Source of the DNA: Faecousia sp.
GTDB taxonomy: Bacteria > Bacillota > Clostridia > Oscillospirales > Oscillospiraceae
DNA length: 64,000 nucleotides
Assembly: GCA_045537615.1 (NCBI GenBank)
Contig: JAZSPV010000060.1
Location: 6,852-70,851 of the forward strand
Direction of reading: 5' to 3'
The translations under genes were made by a program, and so were the position numbers. Below are positions 46,935 to 58,456 of this stretch, one piece after another; the first letter of the stretch is position 1, and each line of letters starts with the position of its first letter. The notes below the pieces were generated by a model. That model did no database searches, had not been told where the DNA came from, and saw only the letters and a list, made by a program, of their open reading frames with translations.

Positions 46935-49900
46935 TTAACAGACATACTTTTCAAAATGTGCAATAAAGACCTTGCATTGACGAAGACTGTCTACGCCAGA
47001 GGAAAGTTTTAGACGCAGTGTGGGCTCCTTTGCTGAGGCAATAAACTGGAGTCTTGATTTGTAGTCAGCCTCTGCACACAATGCGCTGATGGCTTCTAAA
47101 TTCAATGTGCTTAACGTAAATAGAACATCACCTGCCTTTTGCCGGATGTCTTTAATTCCCAGCTTTCTGGCCTTGGCGCGCAGAAGGGCCACATCAATCA
47201 GGTTCAAAACGCCCTTAGGCGGATCGCCGTAGCGGTCAATGATCTCATCGAGAAGATCATCGGCATCTGCCTGCTGACGAATGGCAGCCATACGCCTGTA
47301 TAGGTCCATTCGTTCCTCACCCCGGGAAACATAGTCTTTATCCACATTCGCGGTAATATTGAGGTCGGCAGTGCATTCTGGTTCCTTTGGCATTTCGCCC
47401 CGTTCTTCCAGTACGGCCTCGTCCAAAAGCTTCAGATACATATCATAACCCACAGACATCATATGACCGGATTGCTCTGCTCCCAGCAGGTTACCGGCAC
47501 CACGAATCTCAAGATCCCGCATGGCAATTTTGAAGCCGGAACCGAATTCTGCAAAATCCCGGATAGCGGTCAGCCTTTTTTCTGCCACTTCGCTTAGGGA
47601 TTTATCGGGTCTGTATGTGAAATATGCGTAGGCGTGTCTTGTAGAACGGCCAACCCGGCCCCGGAGCTGATGCAGCTGGCTAAGACCGAATCGGTCTGCA
47701 TTTTCGATAATCAGCGTGTTGGCGTTGGGGATATCCAGACCTGTTTCGATAATGGTGGTGCAAACCAAGACCTGAATCTCACCGTTAGCCATGGCGTGCA
47801 TGACATCACCCAGGGCATCTTCACCCATTTTTCCGTGAGCAACGGCCACACTCAGACCCGGTATCCGCTGCTTCAGTGCGGCAGCGCACCGGTCGATGGT
47901 TTCCACTCTGTTGTGTAGATAGTAGACCTGGCCGCCCCGTTCCACTTCTCTGCGGATTGCGTCGTCCAAGATAGCGTTGCTGTGTTCCATAACAAAGGTC
48001 TGTACAGGATATCTGTCTGCCGGCGGTTCTTCAATTGTAGACATATCCCGGATACCGGAAAGCGCCATATTAAGGGTCCTGGGGATGGGGGTGGCGGAGA
48101 GGGTCAGCACATCAACGCCTTTGGACAGCTCCTTCAGCCGTTCTTTGTGGCTGACACCGAAACGCTGTTCCTCGTCCACGATCAGAAGTCCAAGATCTTT
48201 AAACTTTACTGTTTTTTGCAATAGCTTGTGCGTGCCGATTACAATATCTACAAGACCGGTTTCCAGGTTTTGCAATGTTTTCTTTTGCTGGGTTGGTGTG
48301 CGGAATCTGCTCAGTATATCAATGTTTACCGGGAAACCACGGAAACGGGAAATGGCAGTTTGATAATGCTGCTGCGCCAAAACGGTGGTAGGCACCAAAA
48401 TTGCGACCTGCTTGCCGTCCATAACAGCTTTCATCACTGCACGCAAAGCTACTTCTGTTTTTCCAAAGCCCACATCGCCGCAAAGGAGGCGGTCCATAGG
48501 GATTGGGGATTCCATATCACCCTTGATTTCGCTAATGCAGCGAAGTTGATCGTCTGTTTCCGGGTATGGGAAATTATCTTCAAATTCTTTTTGCCAGGGG
48601 GAATCGGCGGCAAAGGGAAAGCCCTCCTGCCGCTTTCTGGCAGCGTAGAGCTGTATTAGTTCAGCGGCCATATCCTTAGCCGCTTTTCGGGCTTTGGATT
48701 TTGTCTTTTGCCATGTGTCGGTGCCAATTTTACTCAAACGGACGTTACTGTCCTCACCGCCACCGCCAATATACTTGCTCACAAGGTCCAACTGAGTGGC
48801 AGGTACAAACAGGGTATCACTACCCTGATAGGCAATTTTTACATAATCCTTGACGGCACCGTCTACCTTGATCTGCTCCATAGCCACAAAGCGTCCGATG
48901 CCGTAGTTTTCGTGAACCACCAGGTCACCCGGGCTTAGATCTGTAAAGGAGTTTAACTTCTGCCGGTTTGTAGCGCTTTTTTTTGCTTTTCGCCGGGGTT
49001 CGGTTTTTGAGACCAACTGTCCTTCGGTCAACACGGCAAGCTTGGCGTTGGGATATTCCATGCCGTAGGGAAGAGAACCGTCTGTTAGGAGAATCTGTCC
49101 CGGTTGAGGCATGGTCGTAAGGGGAATACATAAAAAGGCGGAAAGTCCTTTGCTGCTGAGCATTTCCTGCAGCAGCTCTGCTCTGTGTCGGGAACCGCAC
49201 AGCACTAGGGAGGAAAATTCCATTTTTTGATAATGGGACAGGTCAGCCGCAGCAGTATCGAAACTGCCTGCGTAACTGGGAAGCTGCTTTGCGGTCATGG
49301 GGAGCAGATGTTTGGGAGGGCAGTCCTCCGGGTAAGTGCTTCCTGCAAAGGAATCCAAATACACAACGGTCCGGCCGGATAATTTACGGGTAAAGTCGCT
49401 CCACTGACATACATAGTCACATAGCTCACCGGCAACAATGCCACCTTGCAGAAGATTGTCCAGCTGCATACCAATATCTTCGGTACGGGTTTTTGCTGCA
49501 CGGTGTAGGTTACCTTGGTCGCAGGCAATGATCAGTGCATTTTCCGGGATATAATCGACTGCTGTGGAAAATTCGGGATAGATCAGCGCCATATAGCGGT
49601 CGGAAGCAGGGGATTGCAGACCGTTTTCGTATTTTTCCAGGTCATGGGTAAGTGTTTTGATAAGTGCTTCGTTTGGGGTTTTCCTGCGAAGCTGACGAGC
49701 AATTATGCTGCGAATATCATCTGACAAGCCCATTAAACCAGCGGGGTGCAGCCTAGGCTGTGTTTCACCTACGGGGAGAATCAGAACCTGATCAATATTT
49801 TCCGTTCTGCGCTGGGTGTCGGGATCGAAATAGCCCATGGTGTCCAGCTCGTCACCAAAAAATTCTGCACGGAAGGGTTGATCTGCAGCAGGGGAGAATA

Positions 49901-50441
49901 CGTCCAGAATACCGCCACGGACTGCATATTGACCGGGTCCTTCCACCATTGCGCATCGACTGTATCCGGAATTGGAAAGACCGGATAATAGACTATCCAT
50001 GGAGTAACTGTTGCCAACGTGCAAAGAAAAAGCGGCCTGCTTCAAAACCTCCGGGGGCATGGTTCGTTGACACATGGCGTCCCAGGACATGATCTGAATT
50101 TTTGTATTTCCACAGATAAGGTCGTGAAGCTGGCGCAGGCGTTTCTGTTCCCAGCCTCTTGAGACGACAGCGGTGTCATACAGTGTCAGCTCACGGCTGG
50201 GCAGTATGGATGCAGATACACCCAGAAAGCCTTGTAATTCTTCACTAAGACGCTTGGCGGCAATGTCATCTTGACAGACCAGAACCAGAGGTTGAGAAAT
50301 ATCCTTTGCAAGACCAGCAATCAAGTGACTGCGGTTGATCTGCCCAATGCCTGTAATGGCAGCGGATTCGTGGGCAGATACTGCCTTGAGTAAAAGGTTA
50401 TACTCCGGTATGGTTTTTAGAAAAGTTAGGAGCTTTTCCAT
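46935..50441 (-). CDS. mfd: transcription-repair coupling factor
   Basis: GDLVVHENYGIG, GDVGFGKTE, VDEEQRFG, SATPIPRT, QLRGRVGR, DLEIRGAG. Confidence 0.98.
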   Translation of the reverse strand: MEKLLTFLKTIPEYNLLLKAVSAHESAAITGIGQINRSHLIAGLAKDISQPLVLVCQDDIAAKRLSEELQGFLGVSASILPSRELTLYDTAVVSRGWEQKRLRQLHDLICGNTKIQIMSWDAMCQRTMPPEVLKQAAFSLHVGNSYSMDSLLSGLSNSGYSRCAMVEGPGQYAVRGGILDVFSPAADQPFRAEFFGDELDTMGYFDPDTQRRTENIDQVLILPVGETQPRLHPAGLMGLSDDIRSIIARQLRRKTPNEALIKTLTHDLEKYENGLQSPASDRYMALIYPEFSTAVDYIPENALIIACDQGNLHRAAKTRTEDIGMQLDNLLQGGIVAGELCDYVCQWSDFTRKLSGRTVVYLDSFAGSTYPEDCPPKHLLPMTAKQLPSYAGSFDTAAADLSHYQKMEFSSLVLCGSRHRAELLQEMLSSKGLSAFLCIPLTTMPQPGQILLTDGSLPYGMEYPNAKLAVLTEGQLVSKTEPRRKAKKSATNRQKLNSFTDLSPGDLVVHENYGIGRFVAMEQIKVDGAVKDYVKIAYQGSDTLFVPATQLDLVSKYIGGGGEDSNVRLSKIGTDTWQKTKSKARKAAKDMAAELIQLYAARKRQEGFPFAADSPWQKEFEDNFPYPETDDQLRCISEIKGDMESPIPMDRLLCGDVGFGKTEVALRAVMKAVMDGKQVAILVPTTVLAQQHYQTAISRFRGFPVNIDILSRFRTPTQQKKTLQNLETGLVDIVIGTHKLLQKTVKFKDLGLLIVDEEQRFGVSHKERLKELSKGVDVLTLSATPIPRTLNMALSGIRDMSTIEEPPADRYPVQTFVMEHSNAILDDAIRREVERGGQVYYLHNRVETIDRCAAALKQRIPGLSVAVAHGKMGEDALGDVMHAMANGEIQVLVCTTIIETGLDIPNANTLIIENADRFGLSQLHQLRGRVGRSTRHAYAYFTYRPDKSLSEVAEKRLTAIRDFAEFGSGFKIAMRDLEIRGAGNLLGAEQSGHMMSVGYDMYLKLLDEAVLEERGEMPKEPECTADLNITANVDKDYVSRGEERMDLYRRMAAIRQQADADDLLDEIIDRYGDPPKGVLNLIDVALLRAKARKLGIKDIRQKAGDVLFTLSTLNLEAISALCAEADYKSRLQFIASAKEPTLRLKLSSGVDSLRQCKVFIAHFEKYVC

Positions 50442-50538
50442 GATGCGACCTCTTTTAAAATAAAAATCTATTCCACGCAGCAACGCGGAAAGGGGAAAAA
50501 TAGCCCCCTTTCCGTGTTATTATGGCAATATTTATCTG

Positions 50539-51129
50539 TTAACGACAGCCGTTATAGCGGTTAGCACTTTCTGCAACGCCGTTTTCGATGATACACAGGG
50601 CAGCAGCACCTGCATTTTCCAAGGCGGTTGCAAGAGATTTCTCCTCACTTGCAGAGAAGGTGGACAGGACCCAGTCTGCCAAATCACGTTCCGGCTCCGG
50701 TTTCGCACCCACACCGATCTTAACTCTCGGGAAATCTTGACTGCCAAGCTCGCTGATGATGGATTTGATGCCGTTATGTCCGCCGGCAGAGCCGTCTGCC
50801 CGGATTCGAAGTCTTCCGGTTGGAAGGGAAATATCGTCAAACAAAACGATGATCCGCTGGGGAGGGATATTAAAGTATGCAGACAGCTGCAATACAGATC
50901 GGCCGGACAGGTTCATAAAGGTTTGAGGCTTGAGCAGATAAAGCTTTCTGCCGCCGTATTGGACCTGACCGTACAAGCCCTGGAATTTGGCTTTGTTAAG
51001 CTTACAGCCCAGCTTTTCTGAAAGCAGGTCAATGGCCCGGAAGCCGCAATTATGCCGGGTAGCTGCATACTGACTGCCGGGGTTGCCCAGACCAACAATC
51101 AGCCAACTCTCTGCCTTTCTACTAAACAC
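50539..51129 (-). CDS. pth: peptidyl-tRNA hydrolase
   Basis: IVGLGNPG, TRHN, KPQTFMNLSG, GGHNG. Confidence 0.97.
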   Translation of the reverse strand: MFSRKAESWLIVGLGNPGSQYAATRHNCGFRAIDLLSEKLGCKLNKAKFQGLYGQVQYGGRKLYLLKPQTFMNLSGRSVLQLSAYFNIPPQRIIVLFDDISLPTGRLRIRADGSAGGHNGIKSIISELGSQDFPRVKIGVGAKPEPERDLADWVLSTFSASEEKSLATALENAGAAALCIIENGVAESANRYNGCR

Positions 51130-51132
51130 AGC

Positions 51133-52098
51133 TTAGAACAGGTCAGCGATGGAGGTGCCACCGTGGATATGTGCAATGGCGCGGGCAAAGATGGGGGCAA
51201 CGTCCAGCTGCTTGATCTTCTTGCAGGGGCAGTCCGGGCTCACAGGGATGGTGTTATGCACAACCAGCTCCTTGATGGCACTTGCTTCAATGCGGTCAAA
51301 GGCGGGGCCGGACAGGACGCCATGGGTTGCACAGGCATAAACCTCCTTGGCACCACCGACTTCTACCAGGGCGTTGGCAGCATTGCACAGAGAACCGGCA
51401 GTATCCACCATGTCGTCAAACAGAATGCAGGTCTTGCCCTTGACATCACCGATGACGTTCATTACTTCGCAGACATTCGCCTTCTGACGGCGCTTGTCGA
51501 CGATGGCCAGACCCATGTGTACCTTTGCGGCGAAAGCACGGGCACGGGCAACGGAGCCGACGTCGGGGGAGACCACAACAAAGTCATCGTGGTCGTATTT
51601 ATCTTCGGGGAACTTATCGAGGTAGTACTGCACAAAGGTGGGGTTGCCCAGCAGATGATCCACAGGAATATCAAAGAAACCCTGAATCTGAGATGCATGC
51701 AGGTCCATGGTCAGAACGCGGTCAGCGCCGGCAGCGGTCAGCATATTGGCAACCAGCTTTGCGGAGATGGGATCGCGGCTCTTTGCTTTACGGTCCTGAC
51801 GGGCATAACCGAAGTAGGGAATGACGGCAGTGATGCGACCGGCAGAAGCGCGGCGGCAGGCATCGATCATGACCAGCAGCTCCATCAGGTGGTCGTTGAC
51901 AGGCTTGCAGGTGGACTGAATCAGAAATACATCAGCGCCACGTACGGTTTCGTACAGAGAAACAGATACTTCACCGTCAGCAAAGGTCTTTACTTCACCC
52001 TGCCCCAGGGGCAGGCCCAGTTCCTTGCAGACTGTTTCTGCAAAAGCAGTGTTGGAATTGCCGCAGAAAATTTTGATGTTCTCACCGTATGGAATCAT
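51133..52098 (-). CDS. prs: ribose-phosphate pyrophosphokinase
   Basis: FADGE, YARQDRK, DLHASQIQGFF, DDMVDTAGS. Confidence 0.98.
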   Translation of the reverse strand: MIPYGENIKIFCGNSNTAFAETVCKELGLPLGQGEVKTFADGEVSVSLYETVRGADVFLIQSTCKPVNDHLMELLVMIDACRRASAGRITAVIPYFGYARQDRKAKSRDPISAKLVANMLTAAGADRVLTMDLHASQIQGFFDIPVDHLLGNPTFVQYYLDKFPEDKYDHDDFVVVSPDVGSVARARAFAAKVHMGLAIVDKRRQKANVCEVMNVIGDVKGKTCILFDDMVDTAGSLCNAANALVEVGGAKEVYACATHGVLSGPAFDRIEASAIKELVVHNTIPVSPDCPCKKIKQLDVAPIFARAIAHIHGGTSIADLF

Positions 52099-52396
52099 CT
52101 AAAAATACCTCGCTTTTATCTTCTATTTCTGTCCATAGCCGTACTACGGACCATACTGCAAACATTATAACACCATTTGGTTTCAAATTGCAACCATGAA
52201 CAGGTAAAATTTGCAACTAAAATTTCCTTTGCTTTTTCATTTTGTTGTGAAAAATGTCAATTCCCATGAAATGGTCGAGTAAGACACAATTCTGTTTGAA
52301 ATCTTACTTGTATGTAGAGTTGGATTGTGGTATAATAAAGAGAAAATTTCAGCATTTTGCCGCATAGTATGTGTTCGGCACGAACAGGAGCTGCTT

Positions 52397-55219
52397 ATGA
52401 ACGACAGAATTCAAATTCATGGCGCCAGAGAGAATAACCTGAAGAACGTGGATCTTACCATCCCCAGAGACAAGTTGGTTGTTTTTACCGGACTTTCCGG
52501 TTCCGGAAAGTCAAGTCTTGCCTTTGACACAATCTATGCTGAGGGACAGCGACGGTATGTGGAAAGCTTGAGTGCATACGCCCGGCAGTTTTTAGGACAA
52601 ATGGACAAGCCGGACGTGGATTCCATTGACGGTCTGTCTCCGGCAATCTCTATCGATCAAAAGACCACATCCAAAAACCCCCGTTCCACAGTGGGTACGG
52701 TGACAGAAATCTATGACTACCTGCGACTGCTGTGGGCGAGAGTAGGCATTCCCCATTGCCCAGTCTGCGGAAAGGAGATTCGCCGTCAGACCATCGACCA
52801 GATCGTCGACAGAATTGAGGCCTTGGGTGATGGAACGAAATTTATCGTCCTGTCTCCTATTGTGCGCGGTAAGAAGGGCGAGCATGTAAAGGTCTTTGAG
52901 GATGCCCGGAAATCAGGCTTTTCCCGTGTCCGTGTAGATGGGATCCTGTATGATTTGAATGAGCAGATCCCCTGTGAAAAGAACAAAAAGCATACCATTG
53001 AACTTGTGGTAGACCGTTTGGTGATCCGGGAGGGACAGCGCCGCCGTTTGACAGATTCCGTTGAGACTGCCTGCCATCATTCCGGTGGCTTGGTCATTAT
53101 CCACCTGCCGGAAACCCAGGGAGAAATCAGCTTCTCACAGAACTATGCCTGTGAGGACTGTGGTATCAGTTTGACGGAGCTGGAACCCAGAATGTTCTCC
53201 TTTAACAATCCTGCCGGAGCCTGTCCGGAATGTACCGGATTGGGGTTCCAGCTGATTGCCGATGAGGATCTGGTGATTCCGGACAAAACAAAATCCATTT
53301 TCGATGGTGCTATTCAGGCTTCTGGATGGAACAGTGCAAGAACGGATTCCATTTTCCGTATGTATTTTGAAGCCCTTGCCCAAAAATATCATTTTTCCTT
53401 GACAGCGCCGGTGAATCAGCTTTCTTCTGAGGCTATGGATGTGATTCTCCATGGCACAAAAGGAGAGAAGCTTCGGATGACCTACAACCGTGGAAACGGC
53501 ATGGGGGTCCTTGAACAACCCTTTGAGGGCATTCTAAATAACATCAGCCGCCGTTTTCGGGAGACCCAATCGGATGCAGCCAGAAAAGAACTGGAGGAGT
53601 GCATGGCCACAGCCCCCTGTCCCTGCTGCCATGGAGACCGACTTTCGGATGTTGCAAGAGCAGTTACGGTTGGCGGCATCGGTATCATGGATTTCTGCCG
53701 CATGAGCATCCGTCAGGGACTGGAATTTATGGAAAATCTGCAGCTTGATGGCAACATGGCAATTGTTGCCCAGCAGATTGTCCAGGAGATCAAGAGTCGT
53801 CTACGTTTTTTGATGGATGTAGGTTTGCAATATTTGACGCTGTCACGGTCATCTGCAACACTTTCCGGTGGAGAAAGTCAGCGGATTCGGTTGGCCACTC
53901 AAATTGGTTCGTCACTTATGGGTGTGCTGTATATTTTAGACGAGCCTTCCATTGGTCTGCACCAGAGGGACAATGACAAGCTGCTGATGACCCTTAAACG
54001 CCTGCGTGATATTGGTAATACACTGATTGTCGTGGAGCACGATGAGGATACCATGCGTGCGGCTGACTATATTGTGGATGTAGGTCCCGGTGCTGGCAGC
54101 CATGGAGGTCAGATCGTGGCCGCCGGTACATTGGAGGATATCATAAATACCCCCCAATCTATTACCGGCCAGTATCTGTCAGGAGCAAAGAAAATTCCGG
54201 TTCCCAGCAACAGACGTGAGGGAAACGGTCATGTGCTTTCAGTGCTCGGTGCGTCGGAAAACAATCTGAAGGATGTGGATGTTTCCATACCCCTGGGGAC
54301 ACTGACCTGCGTGACCGGTGTCTCCGGATCCGGAAAATCCAGCCTTGTGAATGAGGTGTTGAATAAGACACTGTTGAGCAAGCTGAATCACGCCCGGACA
54401 CGGCCCGGTGCCTGCCGCTGTGTGGAGGGAATCGAGCATCTGGATAAGGTCATTGACATTGATCAAAGTCCCATTGGACGGACCCCCAGATCCAATCCTG
54501 CCACCTATACCGGTCTGTTTAGTGATATACGCGACCTGTTTGCTTCCACTGCTGATGCCAAGATGCGTGGTTATGGGCCGGGTCGATTCTCCTTCAATGT
54601 AAAAGGCGGCCGGTGTGAAGCTTGCAGCGGTGACGGACTTGTTAAAATTGAGATGCACTTCCTGGCGGATGTCTATGTTCCCTGTGAGGTTTGTCGCGGT
54701 CAGCGATACAACCGGGAAACGCTGGAAGTACAGTATAAAGGAAAAAATATTGCCCAGGTTCTGGATATGACAGCGGAAGAAGCGGTGGAGTTCTTTGAAA
54801 ATCTGCCTAAAATCCACAGAAAAGCACAGACCCTTGTGGAGGTCGGACTGGGCTATGTCAAGCTGGGGCAATCCAGCACGACCCTTTCCGGCGGCGAAGC
54901 CCAGCGTGTTAAGCTGGCTACGGAGCTATCCAGAGTGTCCACAGGCAGAACGGTCTATATTTTGGATGAGCCTACTACCGGTTTGCACGCTGCAGATGTG
55001 CACAAACTGATTGATGTGCTGCAAAAGCTGGTGGATGCCGGAAATACGGTCCTTGTGATCGAGCACAATCTGGATATGATTAAATCTGCAGACTATATTA
55101 TTGACCTGGGACCTGAGGGCGGCGATGAGGGCGGTTATGTGATTGCTCGGGGAACGCCGGAACAGGTAGCGGCGGAGAAAGGCAGTTATACAGGCAGATA
55201 TTTAAAGGAATATCTGTAA
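52397..55219 (+). CDS. uvrA: excinuclease ABC subunit A
   Basis: GARENNLK, two Walker A motifs ([16 protein letters not shown]), Zn fingers, LSGGE signatures. Confidence 0.98.
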   Translation: MNDRIQIHGARENNLKNVDLTIPRDKLVVFTGLSGSGKSSLAFDTIYAEGQRRYVESLSAYARQFLGQMDKPDVDSIDGLSPAISIDQKTTSKNPRSTVGTVTEIYDYLRLLWARVGIPHCPVCGKEIRRQTIDQIVDRIEALGDGTKFIVLSPIVRGKKGEHVKVFEDARKSGFSRVRVDGILYDLNEQIPCEKNKKHTIELVVDRLVIREGQRRRLTDSVETACHHSGGLVIIHLPETQGEISFSQNYACEDCGISLTELEPRMFSFNNPAGACPECTGLGFQLIADEDLVIPDKTKSIFDGAIQASGWNSARTDSIFRMYFEALAQKYHFSLTAPVNQLSSEAMDVILHGTKGEKLRMTYNRGNGMGVLEQPFEGILNNISRRFRETQSDAARKELEECMATAPCPCCHGDRLSDVARAVTVGGIGIMDFCRMSIRQGLEFMENLQLDGNMAIVAQQIVQEIKSRLRFLMDVGLQYLTLSRSSATLSGGESQRIRLATQIGSSLMGVLYILDEPSIGLHQRDNDKLLMTLKRLRDIGNTLIVVEHDEDTMRAADYIVDVGPGAGSHGGQIVAAGTLEDIINTPQSITGQYLSGAKKIPVPSNRREGNGHVLSVLGASENNLKDVDVSIPLGTLTCVTGVSGSGKSSLVNEVLNKTLLSKLNHARTRPGACRCVEGIEHLDKVIDIDQSPIGRTPRSNPATYTGLFSDIRDLFASTADAKMRGYGPGRFSFNVKGGRCEACSGDGLVKIEMHFLADVYVPCEVCRGQRYNRETLEVQYKGKNIAQVLDMTAEEAVEFFENLPKIHRKAQTLVEVGLGYVKLGQSSTTLSGGEAQRVKLATELSRVSTGRTVYILDEPTTGLHAADVHKLIDVLQKLVDAGNTVLVIEHNLDMIKSADYIIDLGPEGGDEGGYVIARGTPEQVAAEKGSYTGRYLKEYL

Positions 55220-55225
55220 AAAAGA

Positions 55226-55253
55226 TCCGCCCCGGCTGCTTGGCCGGGGCGGA
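55226..55253. terminator. terminator hairpin between convergent genes
   Basis: tccgccccggc-tgcttg-gccggggcgga. Confidence 0.7.
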
Positions 55254-55259
55254 GGGGGA

Positions 55260-56333
55260 TTATTCAAAAAATTCCGGGGGCAGGATATCAGAAAGCTCAG
55301 TCAGTACATGGTCGTAGCCACCGGAGTAATCCACAGGCAAAACGATAGGGGAGCGAAGCGGAGTGCTGCTATGTTTTGCGACGGGAATGGTCAGTGTAAA
55401 GCGCACAGTGTCCGCTTCGGGCTGGTCAAGCAAAAGGGTTCCGCCGTGAGCAGTTGCGGTATTTCTTGCAATCGTAATGCCCAGGCCGATGCCTGCATTG
55501 GAGTTTTGAATGTTGGGCTCCCACAAATAGTTATGAAACAGATTTGCGCTTACAGTCTGTTCTTCGATGTTGATCTGATTAGTGATAGAGAAACTGACCT
55601 TTCCTTTTCCTCGTTCCAAACTGGCATGAACAGCAGCGCCTTCCGCACCATACTTAAATGCGTTAGAGATCATATTTAAAATTGCGCGCTCAAGCATGTC
55701 ATGGTTAATCAGGCAGTAAACGGCTTTGTTCAGCGGCGTATATTCCAGTGTCATACCGGCTTTGGCGGTGAGGGCCTGTGCTTTTTCGATAATTTCGTTA
55801 ACAGTAGATGAAAGATCCCGGTTTTCAATATTGGACATGAGACCCTTGTTGCTGCTCGCCGCATCTGACATGTTGCATACGGCCCTGTGGATCTGGTGCA
55901 GATTGCGCACAAGCTGTAAAAGCTGTTGCTTGCAGTCGGGGGACAAGAGCGTTTCACTGCCTTCTTTGAGCATATCCGCATGGATCAGTGCGTTGGAAAG
56001 GGGTTCGCGCAAACCCTGGGAAGCCACTGCAAAAGCACGGAGTTCCGGGTTAATATACTGGGATTCCAGATAGAAAATGTCGCAGGTGTGGTTTCTTACA
56101 ACAGACGCCTGATAGGTCATACCCTGTACAGATACGGTCAAGCACAGTCTTCCGGCGGTAAATTCCTTGTATTCCTGCTGACCGCTTGTGAGCAGGGGAA
56201 GAATCTCCAAACCGGTAGTAATTTGGCGTTGTACAGCGGCAATATTCGCCTGGGTAATCATTCCGTTTTCCACGATAAAAGCCGGACAGACGATCTGATC
56301 AAGCATCTGTGCGGCATCCGATTTCTGCTCCAT
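55260..56333 (-). CDS. orphan histidine-kinase-like protein (degenerate H-box and G1 box)
   Basis: SQGLREPL at the H-box position, N-box NMISNAFKY, G2 GIGLG, HGG. Confidence 0.8.
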   Translation of the reverse strand: MEQKSDAAQMLDQIVCPAFIVENGMITQANIAAVQRQITTGLEILPLLTSGQQEYKEFTAGRLCLTVSVQGMTYQASVVRNHTCDIFYLESQYINPELRAFAVASQGLREPLSNALIHADMLKEGSETLLSPDCKQQLLQLVRNLHQIHRAVCNMSDAASSNKGLMSNIENRDLSSTVNEIIEKAQALTAKAGMTLEYTPLNKAVYCLINHDMLERAILNMISNAFKYGAEGAAVHASLERGKGKVSFSITNQINIEEQTVSANLFHNYLWEPNIQNSNAGIGLGITIARNTATAHGGTLLLDQPEADTVRFTLTIPVAKHSSTPLRSPIVLPVDYSGGYDHVLTELSDILPPEFFE

Positions 56334-56461
56334 AATGCACCTCCTTCAGGATAGCATGTGCAGTTTTTGAAATAATTTGCGTCGACAAATTTCGATGCTT
56401 TTTTCCTATTTTACTTAATCCAACGAAAAATAGCAAGAGAAAAAGCACAAGAGGTGAAAAT

Positions 56462-57160
56462 ATGTCAATACACAATGGACACAGACAGCGTATGAAGGAC
56501 CGTTTTCTAAAAAACGGACTGGATACCCTCAATGAACACGAGATTTTGGAGGTATTGCTGTACTACTGCATTCCACGTTGTGATACAAATGAAATCGCCC
56601 ACCGTCTTATCGACAGATTTGGTTCTTTAGTGCAGGTGGTTGAGGCTTCTCCCCGAGAATTGCAGAAAGTTCCGGGAGTTGGCAAGAATGCGGCAACCTT
56701 CCTGGCTTTGCTGAAGGAAACCCACAGACATCTCAATATCAGTCGGGCGAAAGAAAATCCGGTGCTCAACGATATCGAATCCTGCGGCAAATATCTTCAG
56801 AACTTCTTCGGTGGATTTCAAAATGAGGTTATCTTCTTGCTGTGCCTGGATTCTAAGGCCATGGTGATTGATTGCTTTAAAGTAGGTGAGGGTGGTGTTA
56901 CTTCAGCCAATCTTTCCTTTCGCAAGATCATTGACATAGCCATAAATTCAAATGCGGCATCGGTTGTCCTTGCCCACAACCATCCCGGCGGTCTAGCAAT
57001 ACCCTCCCACGATGATGTGGCGACCACTAAGCGTCTTGCCAAGGCCCTGTACATGGCAGATGTGATCTTAATTGACCACATGATTGTGGCAGATCAGGAC
57101 TACATATCCATGCGTTTGTCGGGAATCTATGATCCTGACGACATATCCATTGATGACTAA
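56462..57160 (+). CDS. radC: RadC-family JAB-domain protein
   Basis: GHRQRMKDRF, HhH VPGVG, AHNHPGG...PSHDD, DHMIV. Confidence 0.95.
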   Translation: MSIHNGHRQRMKDRFLKNGLDTLNEHEILEVLLYYCIPRCDTNEIAHRLIDRFGSLVQVVEASPRELQKVPGVGKNAATFLALLKETHRHLNISRAKENPVLNDIESCGKYLQNFFGGFQNEVIFLLCLDSKAMVIDCFKVGEGGVTSANLSFRKIIDIAINSNAASVVLAHNHPGGLAIPSHDDVATTKRLAKALYMADVILIDHMIVADQDYISMRLSGIYDPDDISIDD

Positions 57161-57174
57161 AGGAGATCTCGCCA

Positions 57175-57573
57175 ATGAAGATCATCGTTTGTCTGGATGA
57201 CCGCAACGGCATGCTCTTTAACCGCCGCAGACAAAGTAGCGACCAGGTTGTTTGTCAGAAAATTATAGAGCTTGCCAAAGATTCTCAATTGTGGATGAAT
57301 ATCTATTCCGGGAAGCTGTTCAGCTCTGAAAATATAAATATTGCAGAGGATTTTTTGGCCCAGGCACAGCCCGGGGATTATTGCTTTGTTGAAAATACGG
57401 ATGTGTTTCCCTACAGGGAACAGGTTGAGGAAGTTTATGCGTTTCGTTGGAACCGGGTGTATCCGGCAGATACCCACTTTCCGGCGGTGTTTCTCGGTGG
57501 TGAGAAAGTAACAGTGACGGAGTTTCCGGGCAAATCACATCAGAAAATTACCTTGGAGGTGTACAGCGGATGA
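57175..57573 (+). CDS. conserved hypothetical protein, DHFR-like fold
   Basis: MKIIVCLDDRNGM N-terminus and YPADTHFP motif; RBS AAGGAG. Confidence 0.65.
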   Translation: MKIIVCLDDRNGMLFNRRRQSSDQVVCQKIIELAKDSQLWMNIYSGKLFSSENINIAEDFLAQAQPGDYCFVENTDVFPYREQVEEVYAFRWNRVYPADTHFPAVFLGGEKVTVTEFPGKSHQKITLEVYSG

Positions 57574-58424
57574 AAAAGTTTCTTGTTTTACTGTTGATTT
57601 CCATCCTGCTGACCACCGGCTGTTATTATGAAGTAGAAGGACAGCCGCAACATAGTGCTTCTGTTGCCAATGTGCCGGCTTTTTCCGGAGAAGATGCCTA
57701 TGTGGTCATCGGTGACAATCAGCCGGAATTTACTGACGATGATATGACTACGGTATCCTATGAGTATTATTCTCCACTGGACAGACTGGGACGATGCGGC
57801 TACGCCATGGCATGTATTGGCACAGAGCTGATGCCGACGGAGGAACGGGGGAGCATCGGTCAGGTTAAGCCTTCGGGATGGCAGACGGTAAAATATGATT
57901 TTGTCGATGGAAAATATCTTTATAACCGTTGCCATTTGATCGGATTCCAGTTATCTGGGGAAAATGCCAATGAGCAAAATTTGATTACTGGCACCAGGTA
58001 TATGAACGTGGAGGGAATGCTGCCCTTTGAAAACATGATCGCTGACTATGTAATGGAAACAGGAAACCATGTTTTGTACCGTGTGACACCTATATATGAC
58101 GGAGATAATCTGGTTGCAAGAGGTGTGCAGATGGAGGCACTGTCTGTTGAAGATGGGGGAGAAGGTATCTGTTTCCATATTTATGCCTATAATAACCAAC
58201 CGGGTGTAACCATTGACTATGCAGATGGCAGCAGTTGTGCGGTAAATGACGAGACAGGTGAGAGCCAAATTGCCTATGTTATTAATATCAGCTCCGGAAA
58301 GTTCCATCTTTCCACCTGTGGGCAAGCAGATGCCATTCTGCCGGATAACCGCAAAGAATTTACAGGTGACCGAAAGGAACTGCTGGCGCAAGACTATCAA
58401 CCTGCCGGTTGCTGTAAGCCTTAA
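57570..58424 (+). CDS. DNA/RNA non-specific endonuclease lipoprotein (EndA-like) with C-terminal Ada-like metal-binding motif
   Basis: Lipobox TTGC; [34 protein letters not shown]; KFHLSTC...CCKP. Confidence 0.9.
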   Translation: MKKFLVLLLISILLTTGCYYEVEGQPQHSASVANVPAFSGEDAYVVIGDNQPEFTDDDMTTVSYEYYSPLDRLGRCGYAMACIGTELMPTEERGSIGQVKPSGWQTVKYDFVDGKYLYNRCHLIGFQLSGENANEQNLITGTRYMNVEGMLPFENMIADYVMETGNHVLYRVTPIYDGDNLVARGVQMEALSVEDGGEGICFHIYAYNNQPGVTIDYADGSSCAVNDETGESQIAYVINISSGKFHLSTCGQADAILPDNRKEFTGDRKELLAQDYQPAGCCKP

Positions 58425-58456
58425 ATTTTGATTCTGTAATGAAGGGAAGTGTCTGT

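Noticed and set aside
52365-52386. LexA/SOS box upstream of uvrA
   Set aside because: Only half sites (GTTC...GAAC in the wrong order); no GAAC-N4-GTTC.
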